A DNA stretch of 62,639 bases, counting the filler. It is 8 parts of 8 records of this genome, joined end to end, with 100 filler letters (N's around TTAATTAATTAA, not from the genome) between each part and the next. Parts side by side here need not be neighbours in the genome. Positions count along the whole stretch, not along the records: positions 51,788 to 62,639 come from SRR31156797_22285; 7 more parts are not named here. The stretch is one strand, 5' to 3'. Both the position numbers and the translations under genes were made by a program. Below, one piece after another: positions 59,106 through 62,639 of this stretch (positions within the stretch are counted from its first letter, which is position 1; each line of letters opens with the position of its first letter). The notes beneath the pieces are model-generated. The model did not search any database, was not told the origin of the DNA, and saw only the letters and a list, made by a program, of their open reading frames with translations.

Positions 59106-60707
59106 ATGCACATCAATCGATTGAAGATCAGGGATTTTCGCAATCTGAATGATTTCGAGATCTCGTTTACGGCATCAACGGAAGATTCTGATGGGATAAG
59201 GCGAGAGTTCAGCTCCCATGCCGTTATCGGGCAAAATGGTACGGGAAAATCCAACTTGCTGGAAGCGATCATCACCATCTTCCGGGATCTGGATTTGAAC
59301 AATGCCGCAACCCTGGACTACGAGATGGACTACACCCTGCGCGGCCATACCATAAATTTGTCTGCCTCGGCAGGCAAGAAACCCAAGGTAATCATCAACG
59401 GTGAACGCAGTTCGGCAACCCATTTGGCCGCGCATGCTAAAAAATACCTGCCTTCCCATGTATTTACCTACTACTCGGGGAAGAACGAACGCATCGAACA
59501 GCTGTTTCAGGCCCACCAAAAACGGTTCACCCAACTGCTGCGCAAGGATCGGGACGAACTGATCCGCCGTCTCTTCTACTGCCGGGGCGGTCACAGCCGG
59601 TTGGTGTTGCTGGCCTGTTTGTTGTCCCGGGATCCGGTGTTCACCCGGTTGCTGAAAGACCTGAACATCCTGGAGCTGGATTCGGCCCTGTTCGTATTGA
59701 AACAACCCCACCATTTGAAACGAACATTGAAGGAAGACGACCTGCAAAACGGTGACAATCGTTTCTGGTATGCACGGGGCACGGTTGTGAGTGGATTTTT
59801 AGACAAGTTGTGGCAACTGGCCGTTGCGCCCATTGATGAGGTTAAATCTAAACAACTGGACTTTAGAGGACGTACTGAAAAACAAGAACAGCTGTATCTC
59901 TTTCTGCCCGACAAACAAGCCCTTGAAACACTCGGAGAACTGGTGGGGCCGCCGGAGGTCTTTTTTCGCTATGCCGAGGGGGCTTATATCGGGGATCTCA
60001 TTGACGAGGTGCGCATCACCGTCAAACATGGCGATGGCAGGGGCAATATCAGCTTCGATCAACTATCCGAGGGCGAACTGCAATTGCTGACCGTATTGGG
60101 TCTCATGCGCATCACTCGTCAGGATCACTGCCTTTTCCTGCTGGACGAACCCGACACCCATCTGAACCCCGTCTGGAAATTGCACTACTTTGACAAGATT
60201 GAAAACGTCATCAAACCGGATCAAAGTGAAACCATCGTAGGTGATTCCCAAATCATTATTACCACCCACGATCCCATGATGGTGGGCAGCCTGCGCCGGG
60301 AACAAGTGCGTATTTTACAGAAAGAAAACGGAAGATTGGTTGTTGAAGTGCCGGAGCAACATCCGCAGGGCATGGGCGTTACGGGTTTGCTTAAAAGCGA
60401 ACTGTTCGGCCTGCGCTCCACCGTGGACTCGGAAACCCTGCGCCGCCTGGATCGTCGCAACTATCTGTTCGGCATCGGCGACAGCCGCAGCAAATCAGAG
60501 GATGAAGAACTCAAACGCCTGAGCGATGAGCTATCGGATCTGGGCTTTGCCAGCGATTTCAAAGACCCCTATTACGCTGAATTCGTGCGCAAAATGGCGC
60601 AACACACCAAATTCCACAAGGTTACTCTGACGCCGGAAGAACAACAGGAGCAGGACGCTATCGCCGAGGCCATCATTAGTGACATTTTGAGGGAGGAAAT
60701 GGTCTGA
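59106..60707 (+). CDS. ABC-type (AAA_21) ATPase, restriction-associated / PtuA-like
   Basis: IRDFRNL, GQNGTGKSN, LSEGE signature, LLDEPDTHLNP, ITTHDP. Confidence 0.85.
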   Translation: MHINRLKIRDFRNLNDFEISFTASTEDSDGIRREFSSHAVIGQNGTGKSNLLEAIITIFRDLDLNNAATLDYEMDYTLRGHTINLSASAGKKPKVIINGERSSATHLAAHAKKYLPSHVFTYYSGKNERIEQLFQAHQKRFTQLLRKDRDELIRRLFYCRGGHSRLVLLACLLSRDPVFTRLLKDLNILELDSALFVLKQPHHLKRTLKEDDLQNGDNRFWYARGTVVSGFLDKLWQLAVAPIDEVKSKQLDFRGRTEKQEQLYLFLPDKQALETLGELVGPPEVFFRYAEGAYIGDLIDEVRITVKHGDGRGNISFDQLSEGELQLLTVLGLMRITRQDHCLFLLDEPDTHLNPVWKLHYFDKIENVIKPDQSETIVGDSQIIITTHDPMMVGSLRREQVRILQKENGRLVVEVPEQHPQGMGVTGLLKSELFGLRSTVDSETLRRLDRRNYLFGIGDSRSKSEDEELKRLSDELSDLGFASDFKDPYYAEFVRKMAQHTKFHKVTLTPEEQQEQDAIAEAIISDILREEMV

Positions 60708-61576
60708 TGATTCATATCGAGTTTGAGGGTAAAACGCCCGTCAATACCCTGGTGCATCCCAGTTTTCCAAGCTGGCGGCCTTGGACTCAGAAAAAATGGG
60801 ATCAATGGCTGCGGACCTCCCGGGACTATGCCGAGCATCTAAGGTCGCTGCATCAACAAGGGAAAATGGGGGAACGCAACCGATTTATCGATGACCACGC
60901 CGGCCATTGGGGCAAACTCAAGCCCTGGTTGCAGGTGCTTTCCCTGGGGAAATGTTGGTTTTCAGAAGTGCGAGAACTTTATTCCCATTACGATGTGGAA
61001 CATTTCCGCCCCAAGAAAGAAGCCAAGGAAATGGATGGTACGGTACGCGACGGCTATTGGTGGCTTGCTTTTGATTACACCAATTTCCGGCTCTGCGGTA
61101 ATGTGGGCAACCGCAAAAAAGGCGGCTGGTTCCCCCTGAAAGCCGACACATGCTGTTCTTCGTTTGACAATCCGTGCGAAGAATCGGAATCTCCCTATCT
61201 TCTGGACCCCACCGACCCGGACGACGTCACTTTGATCGCCTTTGACGAAGAAGGCAACGCCATCCCGGCGCCCGGCATTTCCGAATGGGAGGCGCAGCGT
61301 GTGGCGGAAACCATCAAGCGTTTGAAGCTCAACGAGCATGAGGCTTTATCCGAAGGGCGCAAGAAAATCTGGCAAGACGTTTCGCGCGAGATCGAGCAAT
61401 ATCTTACCGCAAAATCACGTTGTAGGGATGGCGGCAACCCGGTCGCGAAACAGAAAGCGCGGGGTCATCTTATTAAAATTCGTTCAATGACAAAAAGCAG
61501 CTCCGAACTGTCAGCCGTTGCCAAGTGGTGCCTGTTCTTTCGTCATGATCCTCAATTGTTAAAGTTGGCGGCTTAG
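60707..61576 (+). CDS. HNH-family nuclease (PtuB-like)
   Basis: KCWFSE, VEHFRPK, YWWLAFDYTNFRLC...N..K...FP, LLDP. Confidence 0.78.
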   Translation: MIHIEFEGKTPVNTLVHPSFPSWRPWTQKKWDQWLRTSRDYAEHLRSLHQQGKMGERNRFIDDHAGHWGKLKPWLQVLSLGKCWFSEVRELYSHYDVEHFRPKKEAKEMDGTVRDGYWWLAFDYTNFRLCGNVGNRKKGGWFPLKADTCCSSFDNPCEESESPYLLDPTDPDDVTLIAFDEEGNAIPAPGISEWEAQRVAETIKRLKLNEHEALSEGRKKIWQDVSREIEQYLTAKSRCRDGGNPVAKQKARGHLIKIRSMTKSSSELSAVAKWCLFFRHDPQLLKLAA

Positions 61577-61649
61577 CGGGCTTGGAGAGATGTTCTTTTA
61601 GGTCAACCTCAGATTTAATTCTTCAATCGAGATCCAGCAACCCACGGAG

Positions 61650-61750
61650 CAACTTTCTTGAAGCAGGCGAGAGGTATACGCTGGAATTTAAGCGTAGCGT
61701 CAATTCGGATCTCTCCAAAGTGATTGGCGACCTTTGCCAATGCAGGGCCA
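61650..61750 (+). pseudogene. AlbA_2/Schlafen-like domain remnant
   Basis: LEAGERYTLEFKRSVNSDLSK, then frameshifted LATFANAG (GE..LEFK / AFAN motifs); no continuation. Confidence 0.55.
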
Positions 61751-62034
61751 ATTGGATGTGCGTGGATCGATAGTGACAAATATCCTCCAGACGTTTTCCC
61801 ATGGAATTGCATCCCAGATGAATATCAATGCCCTGGGCGACAGGGATGAACAGTGGATTCTTTCCCTTTTGCGTAGAACCATTGATCCCGTTATCGAAAG
61901 AATGAAAGATGAATGCCCGTAAAGGGAAATTTCCGAAAGACCGCAATAATGAAAAGAGATGTCACAAACGGGTCCTAAAAAGAGTCTTAGAAGAAAAAGG
62001 AAAGGTTTCGATCACTTTGAGGGGGAATCAATAA

Positions 62035-62535
62035 ATGGAATCGTTTGCGGATAGAGAGTTGAAGAACCTGATCGTCAAAAACTGGATGACCCATGACGCC
62101 ATGTGGTTTTTCCATTGTCTGAAGGAATGCGGCATTGAAAAGACAAATAGAATAAACAGGGCCGCGGTGAGATCCATGGCCATGATAGAGGTCAAGCGGA
62201 TGAAAAAGAAGTTTGGAATTGAGAGAATCGAGACCTTTGAGCAATTCAAAGACTTCATGGAGAAAACCTACGGCATCGTCAAAGCTGATTTTATGAAATT
62301 CGACTATTGTTTTCCATCGGAAGATGTCTGCCGCTTTGAAATGCAGGAATGCTTTGCCCATGACGGCATAAAGAGGATCGGTGTCATTGACGAATATCAA
62401 TGCGGGATTTTTGAGCGAATTGAAGCCTGGTTCGATGGCTTGGGTATCCGGTACGACGTGAGTCCCCGGGTTGACCTTTGCATGATGCATACCGACGATA
62501 AATGTTTTAGGGATTTTAAACTCAAATTTTTATGA
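62035..62535 (+). CDS. conserved hypothetical protein (DUF6125-like)
   Basis: WMTHDAMWF motif, Cys-containing C-terminus, RBS GAGGGG. Confidence 0.65.
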   Translation: MESFADRELKNLIVKNWMTHDAMWFFHCLKECGIEKTNRINRAAVRSMAMIEVKRMKKKFGIERIETFEQFKDFMEKTYGIVKADFMKFDYCFPSEDVCRFEMQECFAHDGIKRIGVIDEYQCGIFERIEAWFDGLGIRYDVSPRVDLCMMHTDDKCFRDFKLKFL

Positions 62536-62639
62536 GGGGGCGGGTTTGGCAAAAGCTTTCGCACCCCGCAATCGGGCTGCTGCTCCGGCGGTCCGCCGTT
62601 CCTTGTTGTTTTATATCCCGAAGGGATGTGGGCATATAG

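Noticed and set aside
59106-61576. Retron (Ec78-like) interpretation of the ATPase/HNH pair
   Set aside because: No reverse transcriptase or msr-msd-like region in the contig
21534-62639. Treating the Thoeris cassette, the STAND-HEPN gene and the type I R-M locus as one defence island
   Set aside because: They lie on different contigs from evidently different organisms
1-62639. tRNA, rRNA, CRISPR arrays and riboswitches
   Set aside because: None recognised by eye in the intergenic regions; short structured RNAs cannot be excluded without a covariance-model search

Overview
This window is not one locus. It is eight unrelated contigs joined by seven artificial 100-bp spacers (N44-TTAATTAATTAA-N44), so gene neighbourhoods are only meaningful within a contig. 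Taxon labels are inferred from gene content and sequence style. C1 (1-6232, Desulfobacterota-like): OprO/P porin, TaoR-like regulator, CdaA-YbbR fusion. C2 (6333-13896): TetR, a decayed glycyl-radical activase, a collapsed GRE paralogue, an intact unusual GRE, a CoA ligase and an alkyl sulfatase. C3 (13997-21433, spirochaete-like): sugar ABC transporter, AraC, UroD/MtaA family, PyrF-PyrE fusion, MscS. C4 (21534-32253, Bacteroidota-like): tyrosine recombinase followed by an integron-like cassette array. It has one non-coding cassette and one ~9-kb cassette carrying TIR - SIR2/SLOG (ThsA) - TIR - TIR/STAND - NACHT/FGE-sulfatase - Na+/solute symporter, whose terminal site is interrupted by the 3' end of an antisense group II intron. 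C5 (32354-38501, Methanosarcinaceae-like): housekeeping genes plus an AT-rich STAND ATPase with a C-terminal RxxxxH motif. C6 (38602-45229): Fur/Zur, orphan QrcD-like gene, MalT/BTAD regulator, TetR with tandem operators, sulfotransferase. C7 (45330-51687, alphaproteobacterial): TRAP transporter, aldolase, FGGY kinase, adenylate cyclase. C8 (51788-62639): type I R-M operon extended by a zeta-like pair and an ABC-ATPase/HNH pair. The best candidate for an undescribed system is the extended Thoeris operon carried as a giant cassette in C4. All family calls come from reading motifs by eye; no database searches were run.
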